A stretch of DNA of 53,106 nucleotides, the filler included, from Caldilineae bacterium (GTDB lineage Bacteria > Chloroflexota > Anaerolineae > DTLA01), in the NCBI GenBank assembly GCA_037446815.1. It is 21 parts of 21 records of this genome, joined end to end, with 100 filler letters (N's around TTAATTAATTAA, not from the genome) between each part and the next. Parts side by side here need not be neighbours in the genome. Positions count along the whole stretch, not along the records: positions 30,390 to 32,730 come from JBBIHX010000256.1; positions 32,831 to 35,149 come from JBBIHX010000257.1; positions 35,250 to 37,508 come from JBBIHX010000258.1; positions 37,609 to 39,856 come from JBBIHX010000259.1; positions 39,957 to 42,122 come from JBBIHX010000260.1; 16 more parts are not named here. The stretch is one strand, 5' to 3'. Shown here in pieces: positions 30,538-40,191 of this stretch. A program made the position numbers and the translations under genes. Under the pieces are notes generated by a model that did no database searches, was not told the DNA's origin, and saw nothing but the letters and a program-made list of their open reading frames with translations. Numbering within the stretch: position 1 is the first letter of the stretch; every line of letters starts with the position of its first letter.

Positions 30538-31274
30538 TGAAACGAGAAGATTTGGTGAACCTGTGCCGAAAAGCCCGCGACGTGGGCAAGGTGCGCCACG
30601 AGGACTTCGTGGACTATGTCATCGGCCTGGAGAAAAGGCGCCGTATCGGAGACGAATGGGTAACTTCCGAGGCGGCCTATATGTCCGTGGACGGCAAACT
30701 GGCCATGGCGAACGAGGATCACCGCCTCCAGGGCAAGCGCCTGGACTTTGAGGATCCCATCGTGCTGCTCAACAACGACGAGCAACTCACGCTCATGGTT
30801 ACGGTGGTCAGCGAAATCTACGGGCGGAGGCATGGCATTGCGACATCCCGCAAGGTCGGCGGGAGTTCGGTGGAGCGGGACTTCCCGTGGGAAGTCGCCG
30901 AGACATCGGCCATTGGGCGGGCGCTGTCGGCGATGGGCTATGGCCTGTTGCCGGGCGCGGGGCTGGCCTCCGCCGAGGACATGGAGCGGGTGATGGCCCG
31001 CGAGCAGGTGCGCGAGGCCAAGCCTGCGGCCTATGCACGCACCGCGCCGTCTCAGCGCCCCGGCACGCTCACCGACTTCCAGCGAGCCGAGATGGTGCGG
31101 CTGTACCGCGAGGTGCACGGCGTTGCGGATGACGCAGCCGCGCTGGAGGCGGTCAAGGCGCGGTTCCAGGAGAAGTTCGGCCACGAACTGGACACGGCCA
31201 CCTACCGCGAAGGCCAGGAGATGATACGCCTGCTCAACGAGGAGCGCCGCTCGCAGAAGCCCGCGCAGACATAG
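30538..31274 (+). CDS. Hypothetical protein, probable Rad52/Sak-like single-strand annealing protein
   Basis: GGGAGG RBS; motif EVAETSAIGRALSAMGYG...ASAEDM resembles phage-type annealing proteins; LexA box upstream. Confidence 0.6.
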
Positions 31275-31294
31275 GCGATTCGGGCCTGCCGGGC

Positions 31295-32668
31295 CTACTT
31301 CCCGATGCAGAAATTGGCGAAGATGCTATCCACCAGGTCGGGGGTTACCGTCTGGCCGGTGATTTCGCCCAGGGCGTCCAGCGACGCGCGCAGGTCTATG
31401 GTAACGAAGTCGGCGGGCAGGCCCTGGCGCAGCGTGGCCTCGGCGCGCTCCAGGTGATTCAGCGCGCGGGCGAGCGCCTCTTTGTGGCGGACGCTGCTCA
31501 CCAGGATCCCGTTGCCGGCCATCACCTCGCCGCCCAGGGCCGACTCCAGCATGGCCGCCCGCAGGTCATCTAGCCCTTCGCCTGTCAGCGCCGAGATGCG
31601 AACCCGTGGCGCGTCGGGCAGGAACCCCGTCAAGTCGGCGGCTGTCGGCAGGTCGCACTTGTTCACCACCACGATGATCGCTCGCCCCTCGGTCAGATCG
31701 GCAATCGCCGCGTCCTCGGCGCGGAGCGGCTCGCTTCCATCCACGACGACGAGGACGAGGTCAGCCTGGCGCACGGCTCGGCGGCTGCGCTCAATCCCCA
31801 GTTGCTCCACCGGGTCGGCCGTGGCCCGCGCCATCCCGGCAGTGTCAACGAGGACAAACGGCACGCCTTGCAGGTTCAGGGTCTCCTCCAGCGTGTCGCG
31901 CGTGGTGCCGGGGATGGGGGTTACGATGGCGCGATCCGTGCGGAGGAGCGCGTTGAGGAGGCTGGACTTGCCCACATTGGGGCGGCCGACGATGGCGGTG
32001 CGGATGCCCTGTCGGTAGACGATGCCTTGCTCCGCGCCGCGCAGCAAGTCGCGCAGGGCGTCGCCCGCCTGCCGCAGGACGGGGCCGATGTCCTGCGGCG
32101 GGATTTCATCCTCCACGAAGTCAATGGTGGCTTCCAGATACGCCAGCGCCGCCAGGAGACTTGCGCGGACGCGACGCACCTCGGTGGAAAGTCTGCCCTC
32201 CAGTTGGCCGACGGCCAGGCGCAGCGCGGCATCGGTCTGGGCGTTCACGATGTCCAGGACCGCCTCGGCCTGGGCCAGGTCTATCCGCCCGTTCACGAAC
32301 GCGCGCAGGGTGAATTCGCCCGGCTCGGCCAGGCGGGCGCCTTCGCGAAGGGCCAGTTCTAGGATGCGGCGCAGCGCCACGATGCCGCCGTGGCCGTTGA
32401 TCTCCACGATATCCTGCCGCGTGTAGGTGCGGGGCGCGGGCATGTAGGCGGCCAGGACTTCATCCACGCGCTCGTCAGTGGCCGGGTCCACGATGAACCC
32501 GTGGCGCAGACGGAAGGCGGGCCAGGGCGCGTCGGCGCGCCCGCGTGATGGCCGGAACAGTCGCAGCACCATGCGGAGAGCGTCCGGCCCGCTGATGCGC
32601 ACGATGCCGATGCCGCCCTGCCCGAGCGGCGTGGAGATTGCCGCGATGGTGTCGTCCAGGCTTTTCAC
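31295..32668 (-). CDS. mnmE: tRNA modification GTPase MnmE (TrmE)
   Basis: DTIAAISTP, GEFTLRAF, GRPNVGKSS, GTTRD, DTAG, NKCD, terminal FCIGK. Confidence 0.98.
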   Translation of the reverse strand: MKSLDDTIAAISTPLGQGGIGIVRISGPDALRMVLRLFRPSRGRADAPWPAFRLRHGFIVDPATDERVDEVLAAYMPAPRTYTRQDIVEINGHGGIVALRRILELALREGARLAEPGEFTLRAFVNGRIDLAQAEAVLDIVNAQTDAALRLAVGQLEGRLSTEVRRVRASLLAALAYLEATIDFVEDEIPPQDIGPVLRQAGDALRDLLRGAEQGIVYRQGIRTAIVGRPNVGKSSLLNALLRTDRAIVTPIPGTTRDTLEETLNLQGVPFVLVDTAGMARATADPVEQLGIERSRRAVRQADLVLVVVDGSEPLRAEDAAIADLTEGRAIIVVVNKCDLPTAADLTGFLPDAPRVRISALTGEGLDDLRAAMLESALGGEVMAGNGILVSSVRHKEALARALNHLERAEATLRQGLPADFVTIDLRASLDALGEITGQTVTPDLVDSIFANFCIGK

Positions 32669-32830
32669 CGTTCACCTCACGGGGCTATTCTAGCCGTTCG
32701 CCCGGCGACGCGCAACTGGGGGCGCTCACGNNNNNNNNNNNNNNNNNNNNNNNNNNNNNNNNNNNNNNNNNNNNTTAATTAATTAANNNNNNNNNNNNNN
32801 NNNNNNNNNNNNNNNNNNNNNNNNNNNNNN

Positions 32831-33040
32831 CTTCGCGGCTTCGCCGCTCAGAATGACAGATTGCCGCGGGCGAGGGAGCGTGGCCACGCGGGGCTGAAGC
32901 CGCCGCGCTGAGGGTCGAGTCTTCGGGGACCCAGCCCGATCCTGTCACCCTGAGCGAAGCGAAGGGTCTCGGGGTGCGAGATTCTTCGCGGCTTCGCCGC
33001 TCAGAATGACAGATTTCCGCGGACGAGGGGGCGTGGTCGC
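32831..33040. repeat. Composite palindromic repeat block
   Basis: Two GCTCAGAATGACAGAT units about 153 bp apart with GTCACCCTGAGCGAAGCGAAGGGTCTC between; an inverted relative lies at 42223-42350. Confidence 0.8.
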
Positions 33041-33048
33041 GAGGGGCG

Positions 33049-33306
33049 CTATTCGGCGACGGCTTCCCCTTCCTCCTCGCTCGCGGCCAGTTCGGCCAGC
33101 GTCTGCAACGTCAGTCGCGCCTCTTCCTCGTCCAGCAGGCTTATGGCGAAACCGGCGTGGACGATGACCCAGTCGTCTGGCTGCGCCTCAGGGGTGTAGG
33201 CCAGGCATACCTCGCGGGCCACACCCCCGAACTCCACCGTCCCCATTTTGAGGCCGATGGGATTATCCTGCACGCTGACAACCTTGCCGGGTATGCCCAG
33301 GCACAT
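33049..33306 (-). CDS. hypC: Hydrogenase maturation chaperone HypC/HupF
   Basis: MCLGIPG N-terminus and WVIVHAGFAI; GGAGGAG RBS. Confidence 0.95.
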   Translation of the reverse strand: MCLGIPGKVVSVQDNPIGLKMGTVEFGGVAREVCLAYTPEAQPDDWVIVHAGFAISLLDEEEARLTLQTLAELAASEEEGEAVAE

Positions 33307-33362
33307 GTGCTCCTCCGTATGTCTGTTTGCGCGGCACACCGCGGCGGCGGGCAATCGCCACC

Positions 33363-35129
33363 CTACCGCTGGTCCTCGTCCACGATTCGCAAGTGCAACT
33401 CGCGCAGTTGTTGCTCCGTGATCTCCGATGGCGCGCCGGTCATCAGGTCAATGGCGCGGCTGTTCTTGGGGAAAGCGATAACCTCGGACATGCTCTGCTC
33501 GCCGGCGAGGATCATGACCAGGCGATCCACCCCTGGCGCGATGCCTCCGTGCGGCGGCGCGCCGTACTCAAAGGCCTCCAGCATGTGGCCGAAGCGGGCC
33601 GCCGCTTCCTCCTTGGAGTAGTTGAGAAGCGCGAAGACCTTCTCCTGGATGTCGCGGCGGTGGATGCGGATGCTGCCGCTCGCCAGTTCGTAGCCGTTGC
33701 ACACCAGGTCGTAGCAGTCGGCGCGAACGCGGGCCGGGTCGGTGTCCAGCAGGGGAAGGTCCGCCTCTTTGGGCATGGTGAAAGGATGGTGCACGGCGTC
33801 CCACCGTCCCTCCTCCTCGTTCCACTCCACCAGTGGGAAGTCCACCACCCAGCAGAAGGCCAGCAGATGGGGATCGGCCAGGTTGAGCGCGCGCCCCAGT
33901 TGCACGCGCAGCGCGCCGAGGACGGTGTTGGCCCTAGGCAGGTCATCGGCGACGATGAACATCATGTCGCCAACTTGGGCCTCCAGCCGTGCGGCGAAGG
34001 CGTCCAGTTCCTCGGGCGAGAAGAACTTGGCCGGGCCGCCCTTGTAGCCTTCGGCGGTGCGGGCGATGGCGACCAGGCCCTTGGCCCCCAGGGCCTTGGC
34101 GCGCTCGGTCCAGTCGTCAATCTCCTTGCGGGTGAAGCCCGCGCAGCCTGGGGCCAGGATGCCCTTCACCGCCCCGCCCGCGGCCAGCGTCTCCTGGAAC
34201 ACGCGGAACTGGGATTGCGCTGCGAGGTCCGAGAGGTCGGTCAGGGGCAGGCCGAAGCGCAAGTCCGGCTTGTCGGTCCCGTAGCGGGCCATGGCCTCGT
34301 CGTAGGTCATGCGCGGGAAGGGCGACAGGATCTTCCACTCGGGCGTAACCGTGCGCACCAGTTCGGTGTACAGGCCCTCAATCAAGTCCAGAATGTCCTG
34401 CTGCTCCACGAAACTCATTTCCAGGTCCAACTGGGTGAATTCGGGCTGGCGGTCGGCGCGCTGGTCCTCGTCGCGGAAACAGCGGGCGATTTGGAAGTAG
34501 CGGTCAAACCCCGCCACCATCAGCAGTTGTTTCAACTGCTGGGGCGACTGGGGCAGGGCGTAGAACTTGCCCGGGTACAGGCGGCTGGGCACCACGTAGT
34601 CGCGCGCGCCCTCGGGCGTGCTCTTGATGAGGATGGGCGTCTCTATCTCCACGAAGCCGCGCGCGTCCAGGTAGTCGCGGATGAACTTCACCACGCGGTG
34701 GCGCAGGACGATGTTGCGCTTCATCCGCTCGCGGCGCAGGTCTAGATACCGGTAGCGCAGGCGGGCCGCCTCATCGCCCTCGCGGTCCTCGGTGATGTAG
34801 AATGGCGGCGTCTTGGCCTCGTTCAGGATCACAGCGCGCGTCGCCAGGACCTCTACCTCGCCCGTGGCGAGGTTGGGATTCGGCTTCACGCGCTTCTGGA
34901 CGGTTCCCGTAACCTGGAGGACGTACTCGCTGCGCGCACGCGAGGCGACCTCGTGGGCTTCGGCGGAAACCGAGGGGTCAAAGACGACCTGCGTGATGCC
35001 ATATCGGTCGCGCAGGTCCAGGAACGTCAGGCCGCCGTGATCGCGCCAGCGGTGCACCCACCCCGCCAGGGTAACGGTTTTCCCCACATCGCCGATGCGG
35101 ATTTCACCGCAAGTGTGCGTGCGAAGCAT
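33363..35129 (-). CDS. aspS: Aspartate--tRNA ligase
   Basis: [41 protein letters not shown] domain, PPHGG. Confidence 0.98.
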   Translation of the reverse strand: MLRTHTCGEIRIGDVGKTVTLAGWVHRWRDHGGLTFLDLRDRYGITQVVFDPSVSAEAHEVASRARSEYVLQVTGTVQKRVKPNPNLATGEVEVLATRAVILNEAKTPPFYITEDREGDEAARLRYRYLDLRRERMKRNIVLRHRVVKFIRDYLDARGFVEIETPILIKSTPEGARDYVVPSRLYPGKFYALPQSPQQLKQLLMVAGFDRYFQIARCFRDEDQRADRQPEFTQLDLEMSFVEQQDILDLIEGLYTELVRTVTPEWKILSPFPRMTYDEAMARYGTDKPDLRFGLPLTDLSDLAAQSQFRVFQETLAAGGAVKGILAPGCAGFTRKEIDDWTERAKALGAKGLVAIARTAEGYKGGPAKFFSPEELDAFAARLEAQVGDMMFIVADDLPRANTVLGALRVQLGRALNLADPHLLAFCWVVDFPLVEWNEEEGRWDAVHHPFTMPKEADLPLLDTDPARVRADCYDLVCNGYELASGSIRIHRRDIQEKVFALLNYSKEEAAARFGHMLEAFEYGAPPHGGIAPGVDRLVMILAGEQSMSEVIAFPKNSRAIDLMTGAPSEITEQQLRELHLRIVDEDQR

Positions 35130-35250
35130 ACATCCTCCCCAAACGTCTANNNNNNNNNNNNNNNNNNNNNNNNNNNNNNNNNNNNNNNNNNNNTTAATTA
35201 ATTAANNNNNNNNNNNNNNNNNNNNNNNNNNNNNNNNNNNNNNNNNNNNC

Positions 35251-36219
35251 ACCTTCACCATCCACCACCTGCGGTTCACGGCGGAGGTGGAGACGACGAT
35301 AGAGATGGGCGAGTTCAAGGGGTCGGCGCTGCGCGGCGCGTGGCAGTCGCACCTGCGCACGCTGTATTGCGCCGAGCGGGATTCCACGGACCCGCTGCAC
35401 GCGACGCTGTGTCCGGTGTGCTACCTCCTGTCGCGCGAGGCCGACCCCCGGGACAACCGCCGCCCCTACGCCTTTGAGCCGCCCCTGACGCCGCAGACGG
35501 TGTTCGGGCCTGGGGAGCGGTTCACGTTCGGCATCAGCATGTTCGGCAAGACGATTCAGTTCCTGCCCTACATCGTCCTGTCGGTGCAGCAGATGGGCCA
35601 GGCCCAGGGGCTGGGGAAGCCGATTCATCCGCGGAACCGCCGGGGGACTTTCAAACTGGCGCGCCTGGAAGAGGAGAACCCGCTGACGGGCACGGGAGGG
35701 GTGCTGTACGAGGACGGGAAGCCGATGGTGCAGATGCCCCGGCATCCCGTTACGGCGGAGCAGGTGTCGGCGGCGAGCGAGGCTTTGGCGGCGCGGCTGG
35801 CCGAGCGGGAGAATCGCCTGACGCTGGAGTTCCTGACGCCGACGCGGATCGTCCAAGACGATCGCCTGGTGCATCGGCCGGAGTTCGTGCCGCTGATGGC
35901 GCGCCTGGTGGATCGCATCGGGACGCTGCAGTCGCAGTTCGCGGATGACGCGCCGGTGTCCTACGAGGAGAAGGGGGCGCTGCTGGCGCTGGCCGAAGAG
36001 GTGGAGTGTGTGCGGGACGAGACCACCTGGTGGGACGTGAAGGGGCTGTCCACGAGGTTGGGCCGGCCGCAGCCGTTGGGGGGATTCGTGGGGCGGGCGA
36101 TGTATCGGGCGCGGGATTGGCGGGCGTTTCTGCCGTGGCTGGTGTGGGGGGCCAGCACGCACGTGGGCAAGAACGCGGTGAAAGGGGAGGGGTGGTATCG
36201 GGTCGTGTGGCCGGGCTGA
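35251..36219 (+). CDS. cas6: CRISPR-associated endoribonuclease Cas6 (slightly 5' truncated)
   Basis: FKGSALRGAW, CPVC, FLTPTRI, GGFVG and the C-terminal G-loop HVGKNAVKGEG; adjacent to cas1. Confidence 0.9.
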   Translation, partial: TFTIHHLRFTAEVETTIEMGEFKGSALRGAWQSHLRTLYCAERDSTDPLHATLCPVCYLLSREADPRDNRRPYAFEPPLTPQTVFGPGERFTFGISMFGKTIQFLPYIVLSVQQMGQAQGLGKPIHPRNRRGTFKLARLEEENPLTGTGGVLYEDGKPMVQMPRHPVTAEQVSAASEALAARLAERENRLTLEFLTPTRIVQDDRLVHRPEFVPLMARLVDRIGTLQSQFADDAPVSYEEKGALLALAEEVECVRDETTWWDVKGLSTRLGRPQPLGGFVGRAMYRARDWRAFLPWLVWGASTHVGKNAVKGEGWYRVVWPG

Positions 36220-36311
36220 TTCACCGCGGAGATGGCAAAGCGCGTAGAGGAGGATGAAATCTCTGTGCGGTCTCGGCGTTCTCCGCGGTGAGCGAGGCAG
36301 AGGGGCATAGA

Positions 36312-37334
36312 ATGGACGCGGAATACCTGGTCGTGGACGAGTGGGGCGTCTTCGTGGGGCTGCACTCGGAGCGACTACGGGTGAAGAAGGGCGGTGAAGT
36401 CCTGCGGGAAGCGCCGCTGGTGAACCTGGAAGGCGTCATCGTCGCCGATAGGGGTGTCACGGTATCGTCGGACGCCATCGCGGCTTGCGCCGATGCGGGG
36501 ATTCCGGTTCACGTCGTGCGCCTGGGCGGCGGTGTGGCGGCGAGCCTGTTCTCCGCGGGGCTGACGGGCACCATCCAGACGCGGCGGGCGCAGGTGGAGG
36601 CGGCGCGCGATCGCCGGAGCCTCGTGCTGGCCAAGGCGTTTGTGGCTGGCAAGATCGCCAACCAGGCGGCGCTGGTGCGGTACCTGGCCAAGTATCGCAA
36701 GGAGGCGGAGCCCGCGCTGCATCGCGAGTTGGAATGGCGGGCGGGGGAGATTCAGGATTGCGCGGCGGAGGTGGACGGATTGGACGGGGAGACCGCCGAA
36801 GCGGTTCGCGGGCTGCTCTTGTCCGTTGAGGGCCGCGCGGCGGAACGGTATTGGGGCGCGGTGCGCCTGGCGGTGAGGGTGCCGGAGGATTGGGCCGGGC
36901 GCACGGGGCGCGGGGCGACGGACCCCGTGAATGCGGCGCTGAACTATGGCTACGGCATCCTGTACGCGCAGGTGGAGCGAGCGGTGGTGCTGGCGGGGCT
37001 GGACCCCTACGCGGGGTTCATCCATGCCGACCGGCCAGGCAAGCCGAGCCTGGTGCTGGATATGGTGGAGGAGTTTCGCGTGCCCGTGGTGGATCGGACG
37101 GTCTTCGCGATGATCAATCGCGGGACGAAGTTGGAGATGGACAAGGAGAACCTGCTAGTGCAAGAAACCAGGCGGGCGATTGCGGACAGCGTCCTGGAGC
37201 GGCTGGACAAGCCCGAGCGGTACGAGCGCAAGAAGGTTGCGCTGCGCCACATCATCCAGAACCAGGCGCGGCACGTGGCGACGTTCGTGCGCGGGGAGCG
37301 CGCGGTGTACAAGCCGTTTGTGGTGAGGTGGTAA
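36312..37334 (+). CDS. cas1: CRISPR-associated endonuclease Cas1
   Basis: VEGRAAERYW, DPVNAALNYGY, GLDPYAGFIH, SLVLDMVEEFR. Confidence 0.97.
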   Translation: MDAEYLVVDEWGVFVGLHSERLRVKKGGEVLREAPLVNLEGVIVADRGVTVSSDAIAACADAGIPVHVVRLGGGVAASLFSAGLTGTIQTRRAQVEAARDRRSLVLAKAFVAGKIANQAALVRYLAKYRKEAEPALHRELEWRAGEIQDCAAEVDGLDGETAEAVRGLLLSVEGRAAERYWGAVRLAVRVPEDWAGRTGRGATDPVNAALNYGYGILYAQVERAVVLAGLDPYAGFIHADRPGKPSLVLDMVEEFRVPVVDRTVFAMINRGTKLEMDKENLLVQETRRAIADSVLERLDKPERYERKKVALRHIIQNQARHVATFVRGERAVYKPFVVRW

Positions 37335-37355
37335 CTCCATGGCTTTCTACGGACA

Positions 37356-37385
37356 TTGACCGTTCTCAGCAAGACGTGCTATTAT
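37356..37385 (+). promoter_or_regulatory. Putative sigma70 promoter of a downstream effector operon
   Basis: TTGACC-N18-TATTAT with extended TG. Confidence 0.5.
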
Positions 37386-37416
37386 CAGAGCGATTCACAT
37401 AACCCAGGAGGTTGCG

Positions 37417-37508
37417 ATGACCCAACTAAAAATTCGGCTCAAGACCTTAACCCCTGTGTGGACGGGCGGGGTGGACCAGACGTGCGACCGGTTGCACGAG
37501 ACCGGCCT
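37417..37508 (+). CDS. cmr1: N-terminus of a type III-B RAMP protein, Cmr1-like (truncated; not in ORF track)
   Basis: AGGAGG RBS then MTQLKIRLKTLTPVWTGGVDQTCDRLHETG, the RAMP beta1 L.TLTP..TGG signature; directly after cas1. Confidence 0.7.
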
Positions 37509-37690
37509 NNNNNNNNNNNNNNNNNNNNNNNNNNNNNNNNNNNNNNNNNNNNTTAATTAATTAANNNNNNNNNNNNNNNNNNNNNNNNNNNNNNNNNNNN
37601 NNNNNNNNCCCGCGCAACATGGCCGCATCCCGGATGGGGTCCGCGCCGCCAACCTAGCGCAGGGTTCGACGCTTGATAAGGGCGAAGGGG

Positions 37691-38536
37691 TTAGAATCCG
37701 AAGGCGAGGGCGTCCAGCATGTATTTGCCCTTCTCACGCCCCACTTCTTGGTAGATGTCCAGCAACTCCGCGTATGCTCTGGGCCCGCCGATGATGTCCC
37801 AGAACTCGTGCCCGATGAGCACTGCATCCGCGAAGGGTAGGTACATGCGGCCGAAGGACCACCGGTAATCGGCACGTGTAGGGCCGTAGGGGTTGTACGC
37901 CATGGCGTAGTAGGCTTGCGCAGTCGGCCTTTGCTGGCCCAGCAGGAGATGGATTCTGAGAATGCGTTGGGTTACTTCCAAGCATTGGCCCTTGTTGGGC
38001 TGCGGGGACTTCATCTCAAAGAACAGCCGTGTGCCGTCCTTTGTGAGAACATAGAGGTCCGCCCGAGTGCCCCTCTGCTCCAGGTCCTCGCGCCTACGGG
38101 CGTCCAGTACGCGCTGAACCATGTGCGCCAAAGGGGGCGGGGGTTCGCCCCGGGTTGCAGCCTCATCCAGCGCCGCCACCTGGCTCTCTATCTCTGCGAG
38201 GGCCGCGAGGCTGACTTTCTCCACGAGGGTGTACCCGCGTTGCGCATCCGCCTGGTGCTCCAGCGCAATCAGACGAGCGCATTCCTCAAATGTGGTGCCG
38301 AGAGCCGTGCTGAAGCCTCTCTCAAAGGCGCTGACTCGCATAAGTTCCGCCGGGACGATGGCAGCATGGAAGGGCTTCAACTGGCCCTTGGATGAGGTCT
38401 TTGCCAGGTACTGATCGGGCGAGTCCAACGAGGGAACGGGCTGCTCTCGGTATCGGTTGACCACGTGCTCAATGAAGGTCTCCAAGTAGGCTTTTATCTG
38501 AGCGCGCGTCGTCCGGCTAATGGCCTTCTTTGCCAT
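37691..38536 (-). CDS. Type II restriction endonuclease, TdeIII/MjaII-like
   Basis: FERGFSTALG, PD-(D/E)xK core ADLY...FEMKSPQPNKGQ, YNPYG, EFW; directly downstream of a DNA methyltransferase. Confidence 0.82.
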   Translation of the reverse strand: MAKKAISRTTRAQIKAYLETFIEHVVNRYREQPVPSLDSPDQYLAKTSSKGQLKPFHAAIVPAELMRVSAFERGFSTALGTTFEECARLIALEHQADAQRGYTLVEKVSLAALAEIESQVAALDEAATRGEPPPPLAHMVQRVLDARRREDLEQRGTRADLYVLTKDGTRLFFEMKSPQPNKGQCLEVTQRILRIHLLLGQQRPTAQAYYAMAYNPYGPTRADYRWSFGRMYLPFADAVLIGHEFWDIIGGPRAYAELLDIYQEVGREKGKYMLDALAFGF

Positions 38537-38546
38537 GACGTATGCC

Positions 38547-39776
38547 TCACGGTTTCCGCCAGATGAACACGGATTCAAAGAACTCGCTGGCGCGGCGGCC
38601 TGTGCGTCGGTTTACGTGTCGCTGCAGGATTGCCTCCACTTCCACACCAACCATGGCGGCGATCTCGCCGTACAGGTTGTCGCGGTCGCCTGCGACAACA
38701 ATGAGCCGCCCGCCAGATGGCATGGCCGCCAAGCATCGGCGGAACACCTCGGCGATGTCCTGCTGGTATTGCTTCTTGGCCCGCAGGCTGGACCCATTGG
38801 CCGCCGCGCCGATTTCCTTTTCGCGCGCATCGCCCAGGCCCAGCAGATGGTACGCGTAAGCGTGTTGTTCGTGGTAATCAATCAGGCCCACATAAGGCGG
38901 GCTGGTGATGACCCCGTCTACCGGCGGGAAGTCGGCATGGCGCGAATCGCCGTGCACGATGGTTACCCGCGCGTCGGTGCGAAGCGCGGAGAATTCGCGC
39001 ACCCTTCGCAGAGTATCCAGGCTGTAGCGGTGCAGGAATTTGAATGCCTCGGTCGTAGGCTGGCAGATCCGCGAGTGCTTGTAGCAGTAGTAGGGCTCGG
39101 TCTGGGGCTTCTTCGGAAAATCCAAGTCAAAATGCGTCGTGAGGCGGGCGGAGCGGGCGGAACGCGACAAGATGATTCTCAAAAGGTCCTTGTACTCGTA
39201 GTCGCCGGTCTCAATCCAGTGCCTGTAGGCGAGGAGTTCACGGAGCGCTTGGGGCGCGAACCAGAGCCGCAAATAGGCGTTGTCGGTCTCGGATAGCGAT
39301 GCGATGCGAGCTTCTTCTTGCCCCCACAGGGGCAACTGGCCCGTCTGTTGTTGTGTTGCGCTACGGACTCGCTCCAGGATGTTCAGGACCTCTTTGCGCA
39401 GGCGCGGATAGTCGTAGCGCGCGGTCTTGGCGCGGCACAGAAGGACGTTGAATGCCGAGACGTCGTAACCCAGGGCGTGAATGCCCAGTTCGTTGGCCTG
39501 AACCAGCGTTGTCCCTGAGCCGCAAAAGGGGTCCAACACCGTCTGCCCTGGGCGAGAATACTTGCGCAAGAACACTTCCACCAACTGGGGGATGAACTTG
39601 CCCAGGTAGGGGTGCAGCCGGTGCACGTGCTTGGTGCGTTCGCGCTCTGGGAGGTCGCGCTCTCGCCAGTTCAGGTTGAGCGACTCCAGCGGGGTGTCGG
39701 GGGTTACCTCGCTGGCCACGGTCGGCGGCACATCGGCCGCGTAGAGCACGACCCGCTTCTCCTCTTCTGTCAACAT
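38547..39776 (-). CDS. DNA amino-methyltransferase, probably N4-cytosine, alpha motif order
   Basis: HPYLGKFIPQ and motif I DPFCGSGTT precede motif IV TSPPY. Confidence 0.9.
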   Translation of the reverse strand: MLTEEEKRVVLYAADVPPTVASEVTPDTPLESLNLNWRERDLPERERTKHVHRLHPYLGKFIPQLVEVFLRKYSRPGQTVLDPFCGSGTTLVQANELGIHALGYDVSAFNVLLCRAKTARYDYPRLRKEVLNILERVRSATQQQTGQLPLWGQEEARIASLSETDNAYLRLWFAPQALRELLAYRHWIETGDYEYKDLLRIILSRSARSARLTTHFDLDFPKKPQTEPYYCYKHSRICQPTTEAFKFLHRYSLDTLRRVREFSALRTDARVTIVHGDSRHADFPPVDGVITSPPYVGLIDYHEQHAYAYHLLGLGDAREKEIGAAANGSSLRAKKQYQQDIAEVFRRCLAAMPSGGRLIVVAGDRDNLYGEIAAMVGVEVEAILQRHVNRRTGRRASEFFESVFIWRKP

Positions 39777-39956
39777 ACCATTCGCCCAGCCTTGCGGTGT
39801 GTGCGGCTATTGTAGCGCAGAAGCAACCGACGGTCAACCTGCTGCGCCCACCGAGTNNNNNNNNNNNNNNNNNNNNNNNNNNNNNNNNNNNNNNNNNNNN
39901 TTAATTAATTAANNNNNNNNNNNNNNNNNNNNNNNNNNNNNNNNNNNNNNNNNNNN

Positions 39957-39987
39957 GACAAATACCAACAGACTTTGGAACCGAATC
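39957..39987 (+). mobile_element. MITE subfamily A right TIR
   Basis: GACAAATACCAACAGACTTTGGAACCGAATC at the contig start. Confidence 0.8.
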
Positions 39988-40002
39988 ACCGCCCGAGACG
40001 GG

Positions 40003-40031
40003 TTGACTTTTTTGCCGACCTGTGGTAATAT
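40003..40031 (+). promoter_or_regulatory. Putative sigma70 promoter
   Basis: TTGACT-N17-TAATAT with extended TG; 15 bp from the MITE end. Confidence 0.65.
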
Positions 40032-40099
40032 ACGGGCGCGGTTGGAAGGTCTTCGGGCCGGCGGTGCAAAACGCACCGGCCACCCAGGGAAGTGAGGAG

Positions 40100-40130
40100 G
40101 GCGTGAGGGTTATCCTTACGCCTTTTGTTT
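40100..40130 (+). terminator. Intrinsic terminator-like hairpin inside a leader
   Basis: GGCGTGAGG-GTTAT-CCTTACGCC followed by TTTTGTTT. Confidence 0.6.
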
Positions 40131-40191
40131 GACAACTGGACAGAAGCCTTCCGCAGATTTGTATGGAACTATCCAGTAGAGGTGTAGATAG

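Noticed and set aside
35250..39856. Apparent defence island of CRISPR genes next to an R-M system
   Set aside because: They are on different contigs placed together only by size sorting.
40037..40152. Assignment to SRP RNA, 6S RNA, or a cobalamin or c-di-GMP riboswitch
   Set aside because: Conserved core motifs of these families were not found; kept only as an unassigned structured leader.
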